In this document: positions 10,136 through 23,602 of the stretch, one piece after another
How the letters are laid out: each line of letters begins with the position of its first letter
How positions within the stretch are numbered: position 1 is the first letter of the stretch
Origin: Iphione sp. A-MEVVRFRX5
Taxonomy: Eukaryota
Direction of reading: 5' to 3'
Assembly: GCA_976226885.1 (NCBI GenBank)
Contig: OZ320321.1
Coordinates: forward strand, 51,832,001 to 51,896,000
Length of the DNA: 64,000 bases
Notes under the pieces: model-generated
Told to the model about the DNA's origin: nothing
Seen by the model: only the letters and a program-made list of their open reading frames with translations
The model's database searches: none
Position numbers and translations under genes: made by a program

Positions 10136-13100
10136 TTAAGTTCTTAATGTTGCCTGCCGTAAGACGCTAATGACATATCGTACGAAATAAGATTTTGCTA
10201 AGCTTTGCAAGAATATACTTTGCATGCAGCTTACTTTGTGGCCTAGAGTTTGACATGTATATGCATTATCTAACTTTATATGTAAATCCTTTGTCAGACC
10301 TTTGTTGTGTTGAATGAAATGAACTGTTAGCATTCACCTCTACTATAATAGGTAGCGCCAAAAAACCTCATTATTCTGGCAAATAGTATACATATCATGA
10401 GATATTCTTCGGTGCTCACTCCTTCCAGGCACTTATTTTATACTGTACACAGGTCATATGGTGTCCTTCCCGGCACCATATTTTTACTCCCGGAAAGTTT
10501 TCTTCACAGTAAAGATTATAGAATCATACATTAACACTGTACAGGCGTACGTCTCTGAATGAAAACTGTGGGAACAAAACCTTAGGACAAATTTATGATT
10601 GACAGTATAAAACCTCGAATCTCATATCTAATGTGAAGAATTTTCCATTCTAAGAAGTGCCTCTGATAGCGAAGTTCCTGATAACGAAGTGATGTCTTGG
10701 AACACATCTACTTCATTAAGATGTATTTGTCTCACAACCACGTGACCCTTCTTCTGAACGCGCCATTATTCTATTAATTCTACAAAGTAATGTATCCAGA
10801 ATTTTAAATTTACTATGGAATAAAGCCTACAAATTTGTAACATACTCTTGGTGGTTGAAGGGTCTTGACGACACTGACTAAATTTGGATGTGATAGTCCG
10901 TCTTCTTATATGTACAGTCACTGCCCAACGTTTTCTAATATGATAGTTTGCCTTCTTATATATATATAGTCAGCCTGCTTTATCCAATCTAGACGAATTT
11001 CCTACAAACTTGTTTGATAGTGGGTTCGGAGAAGATAATGTTGAGACCCGATCTCAACATACTTAGGCAGACAACTTCTTAAAATGCGATGTTTATTCCA
11101 TAGGAGTAGAAATGCAACTGGCTGTAACACTACATGCACTTACTTATTATACATGCAATTGTATTGTGTGAAGCAATTGTAACGAGTGCGCAATACAAGA
11201 TATTGGCATGCTGGTTACGCAGTACAGAGTAACTTACTGCTCTGGAGAACACTATATACACACATAACATACATTGTATTTAGGAATCTAAATCACAGAA
11301 TGAATGCTGTTGCAAAGGAAGCAGTCATATTTACTTAAGGATATCACCTCAGGAATAGACTTATTTGCTTGACAGACATACTTGAAAACCGCACCCTCCA
11401 AATCTAAATGAACTTAATTTCCGTATACTTCTCGCTGTAACCAAACATATTTCACTATAAATATACCCATAATCAGAATTTCCGAGTACATTTGGTCATT
11501 TTGTTTCTGTTTTGCATATTTTACAATTTCTATGTTTGGAAGATATTTTCTCAATCCCCTGTAGACTCTCACTATTAAACTATGGCTTATTTTCTTTTTG
11601 ATGCCGTTTGTGCATCATTTGTGTTGGTGTCAGAGGATGAAGATTAAACAGGTTCTTGACATGTCTATTCTGTATTATACATACTTTGTTAGAATTGACC
11701 CGATTTGTGCTTTCCCGGATAATATTTGCATATACATAAATTAGTATATTTAATATTTTATATAACATCAGTATCAAGTCTTTGTAGAGTGCTTTATTTA
11801 ACCTGCTAATAGTTTGATAAGCTGCACATATTTTTCATATCATTCTTGAGGTATGTAAATTAATTTCTCTGTATATACCCAGCTATTTGTGTTGTGACAC
11901 CTATTCTATTCCAAAACTATTGTGACTTTGACATTTTCTGTCATACTTTTAGAAGTGAAAAGCATATATTTTATCGTGGTAATAATCAAGTTCAATTGGT
12001 TGTTATCCAGCCATTTGTCTTATAGCGCTAGTGCTTAGTTTGTTCTGCAGGTTTCATTTTCGTAAGTTTTTTCCTGTTGTGAGAATGGCAGTGTTATCTG
12101 CATACATGTAAACTTCAGCATTTGTTAAATTGTAAGGTACATCATTGATATGCAGTAACAACAGTGTACCGCCCCAAACTGGACCTTGTTATACTTCACA
12201 TTTGACCTTATTATATTTGGAGATTCTACCATGGAGATTTGTACATTGATATCTGTTTCCTGGATACTTTTCTAGTAATCTTGTAGCTCAACATTCGAAA
12301 CCGTAATCTTCTCATTTCGGATTATTCCTTTATGTGGGACTGCGCTTTCTGCAGGTCTACGAGGGTTACAGTTACCGTTTTCAGACGTTTGCCTCCTAAT
12401 TGCATCAGTTATATTGAAAATGATATCTAATGTAGAGCAACGTCTTCTATATCCACCTTGCCTCTTATATAGTATTTACTTATTTCTAGAAAATTTTACC
12501 ACCTCTTTGAAAATTGTGCAGGCTAGTATGCACATACCCATCGCACTCCTTCAACAACCTCAATCGGCTACATGCACTGTGACATCTATTCGAAGGGTAC
12601 AGGTTGGTGATCATTTCCTGGACCTGCTTGAATGTGGCAAAAATATTCATAATGAAACAATCCAAATATAATACATTGACGTGAAATGGTGAACATTCAG
12701 GTTTCAAGTCTTGAGAGTACTATAGATGGAAAATATTCACGTTATAAAAAAAATACGACAGCCCCCTATCTCTCTTCTCGATGTTGTGGGTGTGCTCGGC
12801 AGATATAAAGGAAAATGTTTTCAGTTTAGAAGAACAGTTTCACAACAAAAATGGTGAGAAGAACAGTGGTTGATGTACGAAACTACTTCATACAAATACA
12901 AAATCATCTTCCCTAGCAACCAGTACCTCGCTGTGAATACATGTCTATTCCATAGAGGGATATTCTATAGAGGGCCAAGCTCGTCGTCTCTGTCGCAGGA
13001 GCTGGCGTGTGATGCATATTATTCCATCAAACTAGAAAAAGCTCTAACAGGTTTCTCGCTTGAACAAAATAGATGAATCAAGGGAATATAGCTGCCTTTG

Positions 13101-14050
13101 AAAGTATGGGATTACAGATTTCAGACTAAAAAATGACGCTGTCATTCTGCCTCATCCTCCACGCTTCTAGCATTATTTTGAAGAAAATAGCCTACAAACC
13201 CACCTACAAATCATACTTTCAGCTAAGCCTCGAAATTGTTGAGGACATACAAATCACTCTGTACTGTGCCCTAAGTAACTATCGCTCACTAATTGTCTCC
13301 AATAGGGTATTGAGAATTTGACTGTACATTTGAAAGATTCAAACTACATGTAGTTGGTTTTGGCACTGGCTTTGCGGGTTCCTCGTTGGTTGTTGGAGTA
13401 CTATCATTCTCTAATGTTGCCATATTCCTGCAGGTTATCCTAGTCTAATCTGTCTATATAGAAGGAAGCCGAAGTAAATTTTTCCTCCCGAACCGTCAGT
13501 TTTGACTTTATATCATCTACCCTTTGGTGATTTTTGATGTCGGTACTTTCGCTTTGAAAGTTGAGACTATTTGCTGCCGTCCTCAGAGAGAAGTGCTCTT
13601 AATCACTGACAGCGTGGTTTCCAACGTCTCTGGAAAAGCAAATAAAACCTTTAGACTTTAAAGCGAAGTTTGCTATCACTCCTTGAGAAGTCTAACACTT
13701 TTGTATTTACCAGTATCATTTTATTCATAGAAATAATTAAAACTCTCCAGAAGCAGCATTAAAGTGACGTGACACCCACCGGGTTTCACAATCTTTCCAT
13801 CTTAGCAAAACGCGCATACGCCGTTGCTCTGTTCCTGACTTCGTGCTCACGGAGACTTCATTAAGACTTGTTTCCTTTGAATGAAACCCACAGTAGAGGA
13901 CGACTCTGTGATTCCCCATGACATTTATGTATTTCTCCTTGATGTATTTCAAGGCCTCCAGGGTGAAGTATCCCATGCACGTTATATGCAGAGGTCTGGT
14001 CCCTGACGGACCCACAGGTCCAATTCATCAACAGTCTATGACAACGAAAC
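10136..14050 (-). pseudogene. Decayed nAChR-like copy interrupted by a LINE fragment
   Basis: About 14050-13900: RPLHITCMGYFTLEALKYIKEK (compare RPV..VYFSLSLLQIMDVDEK). About 13290: AIVT*GTVQ. About 12810-12685: LPSTPTTSRREIGGCRIFFIT*IFSIYSTLKT*NLNVHH (compare IPSTSLVIPLIGEYLLFTM...VLNVHHR). ORF 10136-10333: VHFI...SIFL, weakly MA-M4-like. Motifs occur in native order on one strand with many stops. Confidence 0.65.
11300..12330 (-). mobile_element. Old, 5'-truncated CR1/L2-group LINE fragment (degenerate RT and C-terminal region)
   Basis: Minus-strand QGPVWGGTLLLLHINDVP and EVYMYADNTAIL (about 12080-12190) are decayed versions of QGSxLGPxLFxxxIND and YADDT, with multiple stops. Boundaries are approximate. 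Confidence 0.75.
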
Positions 14051-14249
14051 AATAAAAACGTTCATTTATGAGGAGGACCGCGTCTGCATGCACATCATCG
14101 CATATAAGGGCAGCTGCCATTTGCGGTACATTTGTGCTAGCACAGTATTAGTAATAATGACATCCATGCGTCTCACGCCGGTGTCCTCCGCTTGAATCAA
14201 ATGTATACATGTTAGTGATTCCCTCTGTGGGAAATACATGTCGCTATAT

Positions 14250-16330
14250 TAGGAACATAAGATACAGACCTGTTATTGGAATCGAAAACATGGACATTGT
14301 TATGCAATACGCAATGTCAGTTGTGCATAATACAGGGTTGAGGGTTGAACTAATGAGATTAGCCAATGGATCGTGAACGTGGTCGTTCTCTGGCAGATAC
14401 GAACGAAACGTCCAGAACTCCCATTTTTATGCTATCAATTAGGGCAGAGTCAGAATAATGTTTACATAATATCCGTTTAGCACGGACGTGATATGCAGTT
14501 CTCATGAATACAGGAACATGTATAAGGATTGATCTCCTGGATACGATGCGAGGAGGGTCAATACGTCCACAGGCAACTATTAGTAAATCGCATTGGGAGC
14601 GTCCTATTACAGGCTATATTGATGGTTAGTTAGGTACATAATGTAAATAGGATGTGATACCAATAGAATCATTGTCGATAAAGTTATGAAATATAATCAC
14701 TATTGCTGAATTGGGTACAGTGTCAGTTGGTATGAGTTTCAAAGTTAATCAGACTGGCTTAAGTGATTAAACTTCAGGTATATCTGTTGGCACCATGAAA
14801 AGGCCTGACCATTCAACCGCCAACCCTAGTTATAGGGTTGAATTATATCATCAAAACCCGGGTGCGAGCCTGGACTAAATTGGTATTGCAGGGATGCCAG
14901 GCAAATGCACTTGTCGGCCCGTGCCCACCCAGTCAGGCGAAATTCGATGGACACCAAGGGTGGGAATGGGCGTTACCAGAAGAGCATTGGAAGCTAATTA
15001 GGATTTCACGCAAGAGCATGAGAGGGCGTGGAACCAGGCATGGGGAGGTCACAAGACTTCCAAAGGATTCTGCTGGGACTCGGACCACTTAACCCTGGTG
15101 ATTGATTAGGCCAAGTGTGTTTGTTTGAATAGTGTGTCAGAGAAGGAAAAAAAGATGTTCCGGTTGAAAGGTAGGTACATGGTGAAAATGGATTCGACTC
15201 TCCCAGTCAGCTTCACACTGCCCATACCAACCCACTCAATAACCCATATCTTCCCACTCACCCGTTCATCCATCCCCACATGCACACGCACACACACAGG
15301 TGCACTGGTGTGTGACAGAACTTAAGGCTCAATTTCCATGTGCGTGTGTTTTCGTGGGTGTGTTGATATGTTTCTGGAGTGGTTCTTTTTTTTTGGGGGG
15401 GGGGAGAATGGTGAACAGGGGGAGTGTTTCCATGCATGTGTGCACTGTGTTGTGTGTAATGTGTCTGCACGTTGCATGTTTCTGGAATGGATAATGTTTC
15501 ATTTTTCGTGGTGACATGGCGTGTTTCTCTGAGAAGCATAGGAAAAGTGAGAGTGACATGGCTTTGTTACCTATGTTACCTGCAAAAAAAGAGCACATTT
15601 CTGTACATTTCCAAAAATTTGTGGCTGAATTTCCATGAAATGATGCATTTTTAGGCATGTTTCCATACAGTAGTAACCAGATTTATTTTCACAACTGTGG
15701 AAACAGGGCTCACACTGACACACACATGCAAGGAAATTCAGTCAAACCGCACCAGAATAGGCAGGGCAAGCAGATGTTTCTAAATATGTTCTGAATAGTA
15801 CAAAGCAACCTTTCATGATCTGTGCATTCAGGGCGATTCTTTATGTGATCAGACTTGTAGGTGCGCATTGCTCGCCGAATTAGAAGCTGTTCCCCTGTGA
15901 GAGTCAGCTGTTGGCAGACCTGCTACCTGCAACACGCCGTGACAGAATGTGTCTGGACTTCTGCTTCTGCACTTTCGAATTGAGGTTAACGTAGTAAAAC
16001 CAAAGATGTGACTGAAATCTGTAGCTGTGGAAGCGATGAAGTGAGGCTGAATTTTGTTTTGTCCCGTTATGTCAACCTATGCTCAAGGTATAATTGTAAG
16101 TCACAAACATTTGATAGCCATTTTGAGGCGTTTACCAAGACTAACTTCGGGTTTGTGGGTATCTCTTACAGGAGAAACTCACGAACATAGCCGTACTATA
16201 CAACCTATTTGGAGCCTCCTGTTCTTGGGGTCACAAATTTCCTAGTAATGCTTGGTCGCATCGTAAGAATGGAAACATATTTGACCCGGACCGTTCTAGT
16301 TGCAGACAACAGCTCAGGTAATATATACAT
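14250..16330 (-). pseudogene. Decayed nAChR-like copy (Cys-loop to M4)
   Basis: NMFPF (about 16270), VTYNYTL (about 16090), WFYYVNL (16002-15982; compare PLFYxVNL), YFITLSTMILLVS..LTNH (about 14695-14620; M3) and a hydrophobic M4-like AYCITMSMFSIPITGLYLMFLI (about 14310-14245), all in the correct order. Confidence 0.6.
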
Positions 16331-16999
16331 TGCATTTATTTATATGGGTATAAACAGTCCAATTGAAATGTGCTCATTACTCCTAATTTTCTCTGCCTGT
16401 TATTGTTGCACGTCCTGGCCATAATGCTCTGGCCAGGTTAAGTAAAGAAATGAAAATCTTTGCATCATCGTTGTGGACGCAGCGTGCTTCCATCGATGGA
16501 AGGGGCTCGGTCGTATGCAGTACAGACACGCAGTGAGCCGTCGTGATCGCACTCAACGTGCGAGTTCTTTCAGGTGTTAGCAGTCGGAGATGAAAGCAGC
16601 AAACTACCAGAGCGCATAGAGTTAAAGGTACATGCAGCCAACCCTAAATGTGCTTATCGGTACAATAAACACAGACAGTTAATTCTCCGTGCCATTCTGT
16701 TTCGCCTCGCTTTGTTTTAAAGACAGTCAGAGTCTCCTACAAAGGAAACTTGGTCTGAAACTGTCAGTCACGAGTGAGTTATGATAATACATTATAACGA
16801 ACACTAATAAAACTTCAGTAGTTTACAAGCAGTACATGCATTTTATTCGTTTTGTTCTGATAGAGAAATTCAACTCTAGATTTCAGTGTATATATGTAGC
16901 AGACTGCCATAGCAGACTGCAATGAATACAAAGAAATAATTAGATAATTTGCAATTATGAAAGAGTGTAGGGACTGTGTAGGAACTGCATACGAGGTTC

Positions 17000-17010
17000 A
17001 TATCACGGGG

Positions 17011-17066
<56 letters not shown>

Positions 17067-18400
17067 GAGAGGGTGGGGGGGAGGGAGGGAGAGAGAGAGC
17101 GCCATGCTACAGTGGGTCCGTGACGTGAAGACTCCTCTGTTATATGTTTGAGAATTTGCCGCATGCTCAAGTACATCGCCTTTATTGCCGATGGCTTGTG
17201 ACACAGAGTCCGTGTTGGCATAGGTGGGGGTGGGGAGTAGGGAGGTGTGGTTATTTGTTCCCGGCCGTCAAGCGGCGTATTCTGATATTCAGGTCGTCGG
17301 TCACGGCCTCTACTACCGCGCGTCAATAGCATACCCATCTGGGAAGTGACGTTTCCTTCTTTGAAGAGAATATATCGCACGGGGTCGTACCTCATACAAA
17401 GTCGTCTTCGTTGTGGAGATACTGGGTCTGGGAATGGCACACATCCTCTGAAGAAGACCCACGCCATAGTGCGCGGCGGGGGGTGCGGGAGAAAGGCGAA
17501 TCTGATAGGAGGTGGTGGGTGGGTGGGTGGGGGGCATCTTTGGACGTCACGTCACGCTGATCGCTGTGCCAGCCTCAGCTGATGACTGGTGACCTTTTCT
17601 TCACGGAATGTCTCCATGTGAAAAACGAGCCGTATTTCCCTCGGGTTTTCTTTCGAGGTGGACTTCCTTCAGCTCATGTTAAAGCGTTTTTCAGCGGTTA
17701 GAATGTTGTTCGGCGACATGAAAACGTGCGGTGATGTGCTTAAAGAGCAGCCAAAGCCAACTGTAATGGAGCTGAGTGGCCAGATAATTAAAGCATCTTA
17801 CCTGTCATTCCAGGGGATGAGCAGAAGCTCAGATTTATGTTACAGTGCGGCCCACAGGCATGAGTGGACCCCCCCTCGTTGTACAGAGGTAGTCTCAATA
17901 GTCTACCTCGGCTTCCGAGGAAATTGCCCTTGGTGAGTGATATTGCACTCTGTTGAGATCGTTCGGAACAAAGGTCATTGAGTTGTACTGGCACAGTCTT
18001 ATTTATCTTCCTCTTGTTTGATGTCGTATTCCATTGACGTGTTGTTCTACCTCTTGAAGAAGAGACAGACAGAGTTAAAGGGAGAGAGAGAGAGAGGGAG
18101 AGAGAGAGAGAGAGAGGGAGGGAGAGGGAGAGAATAAGAGAGAGAGACAGAGGGATGGAGGGAGGGAAACAGGTACAGCTGTTCAGTTACAGCAGAGCGT
18201 TAGGATTAAAGGAAAAACAAGTGAAGGTATACCTCCCATTCAGTCCGGAGGATTTGTCATTGTCTGGAGGACCGGGACCACGTCGGCTGGCGTCGAAGAG
18301 GCGGATTATTCTGACCTTGCCGTCGTCTTTTGTCGTGTATAAGAGCAGCAGTTGGCCACAGACAAGACGCATTCTTCCGTGGTTTAGTGAGGAGTAAGTG
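17000..18400 (-). pseudogene. Weakly recognisable nAChR-like remnant (signal peptide/N-terminus and MA-like segment)
   Basis: MRLVCGQLLLL...IRLFD..PPDND (ORF 18187-18429). A splice-bounded segment at about 18045-17800 has YNSMTFVP...EVDY*DYLCTT and IPWND. ORF 17003-17467 has QILKHITEES..VAW. The similarity is marginal. Confidence 0.35.
17014..17099. repeat. Compound (GA)n/(GACA)n microsatellite
   Basis: Directly visible. A second GA-rich tract lies at about 18062-18165. Confidence 0.95.
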
Positions 18401-18669
18401 GCAAGGACGTGGTGTGTACACGAACGCATTTATTTTTGTATAAAGTTTATTTAATTCTGGATTGGGGGTGTGCCTAGGGCCTCACATATCCAAAGGATTC
18501 CTCTGATTTCAGATGAACATAATGATTGTGTTGCTGTTTATAGATGATAATTAGTATTAAGTGTCTCTTAAATACAGTTATGATAGGGTTCTCAGATGAG
18601 GTATCGTGGTACAATGTATATTTATCAGTGCTGTTGAACCGTAGCAAATGAGGCTACTACAACCTATTA

Positions 18670-19690
18670 CCTGCAATTCGGACATATACACAGAATTAGT
18701 ATTGTATGAAGTCTAACATCTGACGCAGTTTCGGGCGTATGTCTCCCAGGGACGGGTACTTTAAGCTTCAATACGATCCAGAGTTGGAAAGTGTTTTCTT
18801 CTGGTACCACAGGTTTGATTCTGATAGAGAACTGTCTCAATACGAAGCCTGTGTTGTCTGTATATATGATTACCTGTCTATTGTTTACCTGAAAACAACA
18901 CAACAATCATAACTTCTCTCTCTTAAATGTGGGGATACCACTTGTGTGTGTCCTCGCCATTTCCTCGCAAAGGAAGTGTCAGCATAACCACTGCCGGTCG
19001 GGACGTGCCATCGCTGTCAGAAAACGAGGCTCACTCAGAAACGTGATCATCGAGGCCGAGTCTCTGGTCCACTGTGACGTCTGTAGGTAATGGTACAGCC
19101 CGGGTTATACTGGAGGAATTGATCTGCAGATCAGGGTGACCTGGGTGGCCACAGGGGACGTATTCAGAGACCCTCGGGTACAGTTAGCGTTGCTTCCAGG
19201 CTCCGATAATTGTGTGACCGAACGTGGCAGTATTGTCACGAGTGAGGTGACATCGCAGGTGATGAGGCATATGAGGATCATCATATGTCATCGAATGAAG
19301 TGTTGCGTTAGGACATTTGATGGAGAACAGAATCCGACCATTATGGGCCAACTGCGACAAACTGCTGTGGAAATGCACATCGGGCATGGCGTTTCGTCGG
19401 AAATCACATCTTCTTTATGCTCCCCAAGGTGGCTTATGATTTCGACTAGAAGTGTGTCTTGCATCTCAGATTTGACACGGGTGTGCAAAAGGGGCCGTCC
19501 CGCCTGGCCTGAAAGAAGTCACGGTACAGTTTTGACTGCCTGGAAGCGCTCTCTCCAGGAGGCCAGTGATGCAGTGCCTCGTAGATACTAATTCATGGAC
19601 GCCGTAGAGGGAGTGCAAGGGCTCTCCGGGGTGTGAGTATGTGGAAGCTTCTCCCCTGGACAACAACAGGGCGATCGTACACCTGGTTCG
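18670..19690 (-). pseudogene. Decayed nAChR-like copy (Cys-loop, M1-M3, MX)
   Basis: HC...LPGSQNCTVTSF (ORF 19466-19666; QNCT of the Cys-loop), then MVGFCSPS (M1 end), MMILICLITCDVTSLVTILP (M2), NCTRGSLNTSPVATQVTL (M3) and QWTR...PRFL (MX), essentially in one frame with stops. Confidence 0.55.
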
Positions 19691-19799
19691 GATGATGTAT
19701 AAGATGGATTGGTGTGCTAGCTTATACCTTTATATATTCATATGTCACTGAATAAATATATTTCAGTTTATCAGATGTTGGGCCCATTTTGATTTGCTG

Positions 19800-20980
19800 T
19801 GGATGGTTTAATTTCAACTTTGTAGTCCAGAAAGGGACATGCATTAATATGAAAACCCAACACAAAACAGGCATGGCAAAACAGGCATATTACTGTTCGG
19901 GCTGGAGGTAACGCAGGGCCCTTCATTCTCCTGATGAACTCATTTTTAGGGAGCTGATTGTTCCATGTCAGTGGGAACATCTCACGTAGTAAAAACTGTC
20001 GGATGACGTGAGAGCAAAGTGAAAAAATAACGTCCCAGAGGATTTCATAATGAAAAAGCACTATAGATTAGATCACACACAGACGACTGGTAAAAATACC
20101 AGTAGTCAGTCTGCAGCCTGAGATGATCATCCTGTTTAAAGTACCACCTGCGCTGCCTTCATAACAAGGCCTTTAACTAGACATATGAATGGGAGGGTTT
20201 CCTTTTTTATAACTCAAGTTTTAACTCTTAAATATTTCGAAGTTATCATTTAAAGGATTCTCGCGCTGTTATTGAATTATAAGTGCTGTTTTACCTTCCA
20301 TTGGGACACAATACAGTGTATGTAACATGGAGCATAACAGTCCTCACTTATTCATGGCAAAGTACACGCTGGTCACATCTCGATGGAACTCGTCTGCCAT
20401 GTGAGGTCTCATACGAACCCCGAAGCCCTGGTAACGATGCCTCCACAGTGACAACGGCTTTTTTGGAGGAAGCTCCAATAACAGCAAATTCCATCGTGGA
20501 GGACGGTAAAGATCTTCATCTCATATTAAATGCGTTCAAGCATTTGACAAACAGTAGAATCATTGCCCTCAGCAAATAGCACCAAGCTATTAAAATCGAT
20601 AATACATGTACAAAATGTAGTTAGTGTATACTAGCACAGTTGCATCTCCGGCTTTTCAAGCAAACGACTTGGATTTCGCTGTCGGTAGTTAAGTGTCGAC
20701 ACAGCGTAAATATTCTTGAATGTAAGGCTTTTACATCAAATGGTTTAAATATTTCTTTCATCTCACAAGACCAACACACTTACTCTGTCCACACTGTGGA
20801 TGTCAAATCAAATCTGCCCCTCCGGCAAGAGCATCAGGAAAATGGTCGTTCCACCAGGTTCAATTTGTTACCAATTATTGTACGGAAGTGTGTGGCTTAC
20901 GCATCTCTCCACAAGCACGTCCGTCCCAAATGGTTTCCACCACGGCATTCATTACCGTTGTGACAGAGCCGATCTACATC
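19800..20980 (-). pseudogene. Decayed nAChR-like remnant (ligand-binding domain to M1)
   Basis: VLHDGICCYWSFLQKSRC (about 20500-20445; compare HDGxVxW...KSSC) and FIRR...CLFCHACFVLGFHI (ORF 19771-20061; compare IIRR...CLL...VLGFYL). Several GTAAG donors occur on the minus strand. Confidence 0.45.
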
Positions 20981-21881
20981 TCATTGGGGGCTAATCATGT
21001 AGATTGAGAAAGCAGCATTTTTGTATCCAGGTTTAAAAAAAACGTTAACTAGAATACTTACGTGAAGAGACTAGGGAGCTTTTGAGATATAATGAATGCA
21101 TTAACAGTCATGATGATTGTGCCTATTAATTTTCAGTATCGTTTTTCATGATGTTGGGTCCGTTCCGGTCTGTTGGGTCTTTTGCCATTTATACACCAGA
21201 AGACACTAGGATCATCCCTGAGGTGAAAATTACCAGTATCCCCACACATTTGATGCGAAGTTATCAGATACGTCTTTTATATTGTCTGTGAAGAGACGTG
21301 TGTCTTTACCTATTTTCCTCAAAGTACAGTTACATGTATATATAGCTGTACATATTTGTTCGTGAGAAAAAGCGCACGGCGAGAGAGGCCCTTTTGCGAT
21401 AGGAAAATGATTCTTTTCCAAAGGCACATGTCATCATATATACATAAAGCATAGTTCACTGCTCCTTCTGGATTGAAGAAGTACAGGTGAGGGAAAAGGT
21501 CGAACGCCCCGGCAAACAAGACTGCACCGATTGTGAGCACCTGTGTAAGGGCGATCGACAAAATAAACATCCCATCTATTGTCCAGTACCCGTGGTCTGA
21601 ACAGATCCTTTGTATATATGCGGGAATCCTGCTAACAGGCACGGGTTCCATGGAATCGATGGGTAACAATGCCTCATGGCACATGGGTCGTCCGTATCAA
21701 GTCAGCTGCCCTTGCCGTCATAGACTGGCCTGCACGGCCGCAGGGGGTCACTGTCTGGGCAGGTAGGTGAGAAGTGGGTTCATTTGGAGTATGAATAGGT
21801 ATACAGGGGAGTGTCCCGATTCCGGACACCCTGCATTCTTCACCGAATCATTTCATACATGTCTGTATTGGAGATTGGTTA

Positions 21882-22205
21882 GGCCTAAAAAAAAAAGTTC
21901 TGTGTTTCCGGTAACATGCTTAAAAAATAGAGGGTCAGTAGGTTGGTGTTTTTTTAAAATTTTTTCATTTTTTTTCAATGTTAATTTTCACTTAAAGTGA
22001 CATATGTATATAGTAATATATGTTCTACTGCTCAGATCCTAATGAAAGCTAATGATCTGAGGAGCAAAATGGTATATAGCATATGTCTCTATCATTATTC
22101 ATGTCAATGATATTAACAAAAACATAATAAAATAAAATGTTCTAGTAGGACAAAAAAAGAGTATCGGTCGGGTTACTGGAAACACAGCTATTTTTTGTTT
22201 AGGCC
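21882..22205. mobile_element. PIF/Harbinger-type (Tourist-like) MITE, 324 bp
   Basis: TIRs ggcctaaaaaaaaaaagttctgtgtttccggtaac and gttactggaaacacagctattttttgtttaggcc. Exact TTA target duplication (21879-21881 and 22206-22208). AT-rich non-coding interior. Confidence 0.8.
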
Positions 22206-22361
22206 TTAGTAGTATATAAGATGTGGATATTGGTGAAATGACAACTGACAACTCTTTAAATAGACACATTTCTTAATGTATATAGACATAAATAATGATT
22301 CCAATAAATAGTAACAGATATAGAAAAAAAACATACAGATGCCAGTTATTGAAGAGAAAAT

Positions 22362-23602
22362 CTATTTCTTGAAAAATCTGTCTATGGTTGGCTGGACCAC
22401 CTTTCTTAATAGAACTCTGGAGGAGTGGGCCTGCTGTAGTGGCACCAACAGATCCAAACATTCCATGTCCCCTTTCAGGAGGAAATGCTTCCTCATTTTC
22501 ATGAACATGTCCTGAATCTCTGTGTCACTGAGCTCAGACATCTCCTCCTGTGTCACCTCTGGTGGCTCATCCTCATCCTCATCAACTTCATCAGGATCCC
22601 AGTTGTCCCCATTTGTACTGTGGGTCAACAGTTCATCATCCAGGCTCTCATATTCTGCATGTGTCATCCTTGATTCCTCTGGAATGCCTTCCTGAACCTT
22701 GGAATGGAGTGACATGAGAGGTTCACCATCAAGTTCAGGAGGACAGGGCATATGCTCAGCTTCATCTGGAAGTGGTCTCACCCCAGATTTTATGAAGCAT
22801 GACTCAACTGTGGTGGGTTTCACTGCCTTCACTGCAGAGTTCAACCAGCCCACTTCCAGCTACATGTCCACTGTGCTCACAGCAGCCCTGGCATCCTTAG
22901 CATCATCCAGCCTTGAAACAATGTACTGGAGGAGTGATTTCTTGTGCAGTTTGACTGCCTGGATAATTCCTTGGTGCAAGGGCTGCAGTACAGATGTTGT
23001 GTTTGGAGGGAGGAACACCAGCCTAGTGTGTGATAACTGGATTCCTCCTGGGTGAGAAGGTGTGTTATCCATCAGGAGACACACTTGCCTCCCTTGAGCT
23101 GCCATTTTCCAATTGACTGAGTAAAGCCAATCCTCAAATATGGGTGTTGTCATCCAGGTGCATCTGTTGTGCCCTTGTCAACTGCCACTTTTTCACCAAC
23201 CACCTTGAATGCGCCAATGCAGTGCCTCTTCTTGAACTCGGTCAGCCAACCAGATAATCCCTTAAAATTGTCTATACCCAGCTCTTTGGCAACAGAAAGA
23301 GCTTTCGTGCAGAGCATAGGCTCTACAGCGGACACATTCAGTGAATAAATATGAGAAAATCATGAGAAGACTCATTCATCAAGGGTGGATGACAATGTGG
23401 ATAGGCATTGATGCTTTGTATTAGGGTCTGCACAATGCTTGAAGTCATTCAGGATTTCTGCCTTCCTCTTGAGAATGCACTCGACTTGCATCTTGCCAAC
23501 ACCAAACAGTTCTGCCAGCTGATGCAGGCTATGACTTGGGCTGCCCCTTTTGAGCTGTACCTTTTCTTGTAGGGTCAGGTCCCTTCTCTTGGTTTTGGGC
23601 AT
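22362..23602 (-). pseudogene. Pogo/Tigger transposase pseudogene (CENP-B-type HTH, Tc5 HTH, partial DDE_1)
   Basis: KRRDLTLQEKVQL...LAELFGVGK..V..ILKRK; KA..LG...F....GWL..FKKRH.I...VVGE; WMTTPIFEDWL...LLMDNTPSH...FLPPNTTSVLQPLHQGII; acidic tail ending QPTIDRFFKK. An internal deletion removes the first catalytic Asp region, QPLDQG has become QPLHQG, and there is an in-frame TAG at 22860-22862. Confidence 0.92.

Noticed and set aside
14320-14365. LISSTLNPVLC looks like a GPCR TM7 NPxxY motif
   Set aside because: No other class A GPCR motifs are present, and the context (M3 upstream, hydrophobic helix downstream) fits a Cys-loop M3-M4 region.
14821-14840. Perfect 8-bp hairpin caacccta-gtta-tagggttg as a Helitron 3' end or terminator
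   Set aside because: There is no CTRR terminus at the expected distance and no other Helitron features. Such a hairpin can occur by chance.
19136-19591. 151-aa plus-strand ORF
   Set aside because: It has no recognisable domain and is the in-register antisense shadow of the minus-strand M1-M3 pseudo-exon.
21545-21605. WTIDGMF...TQVLTI resembles the MULE transposase WxxDGTF..Q..I motif
   Set aside because: No downstream MULE motifs (DFE, C.FH) were found. The same ORF carries LLPIDSME and MCLWKRIIFL and fits the surrounding receptor-pseudogene order better.
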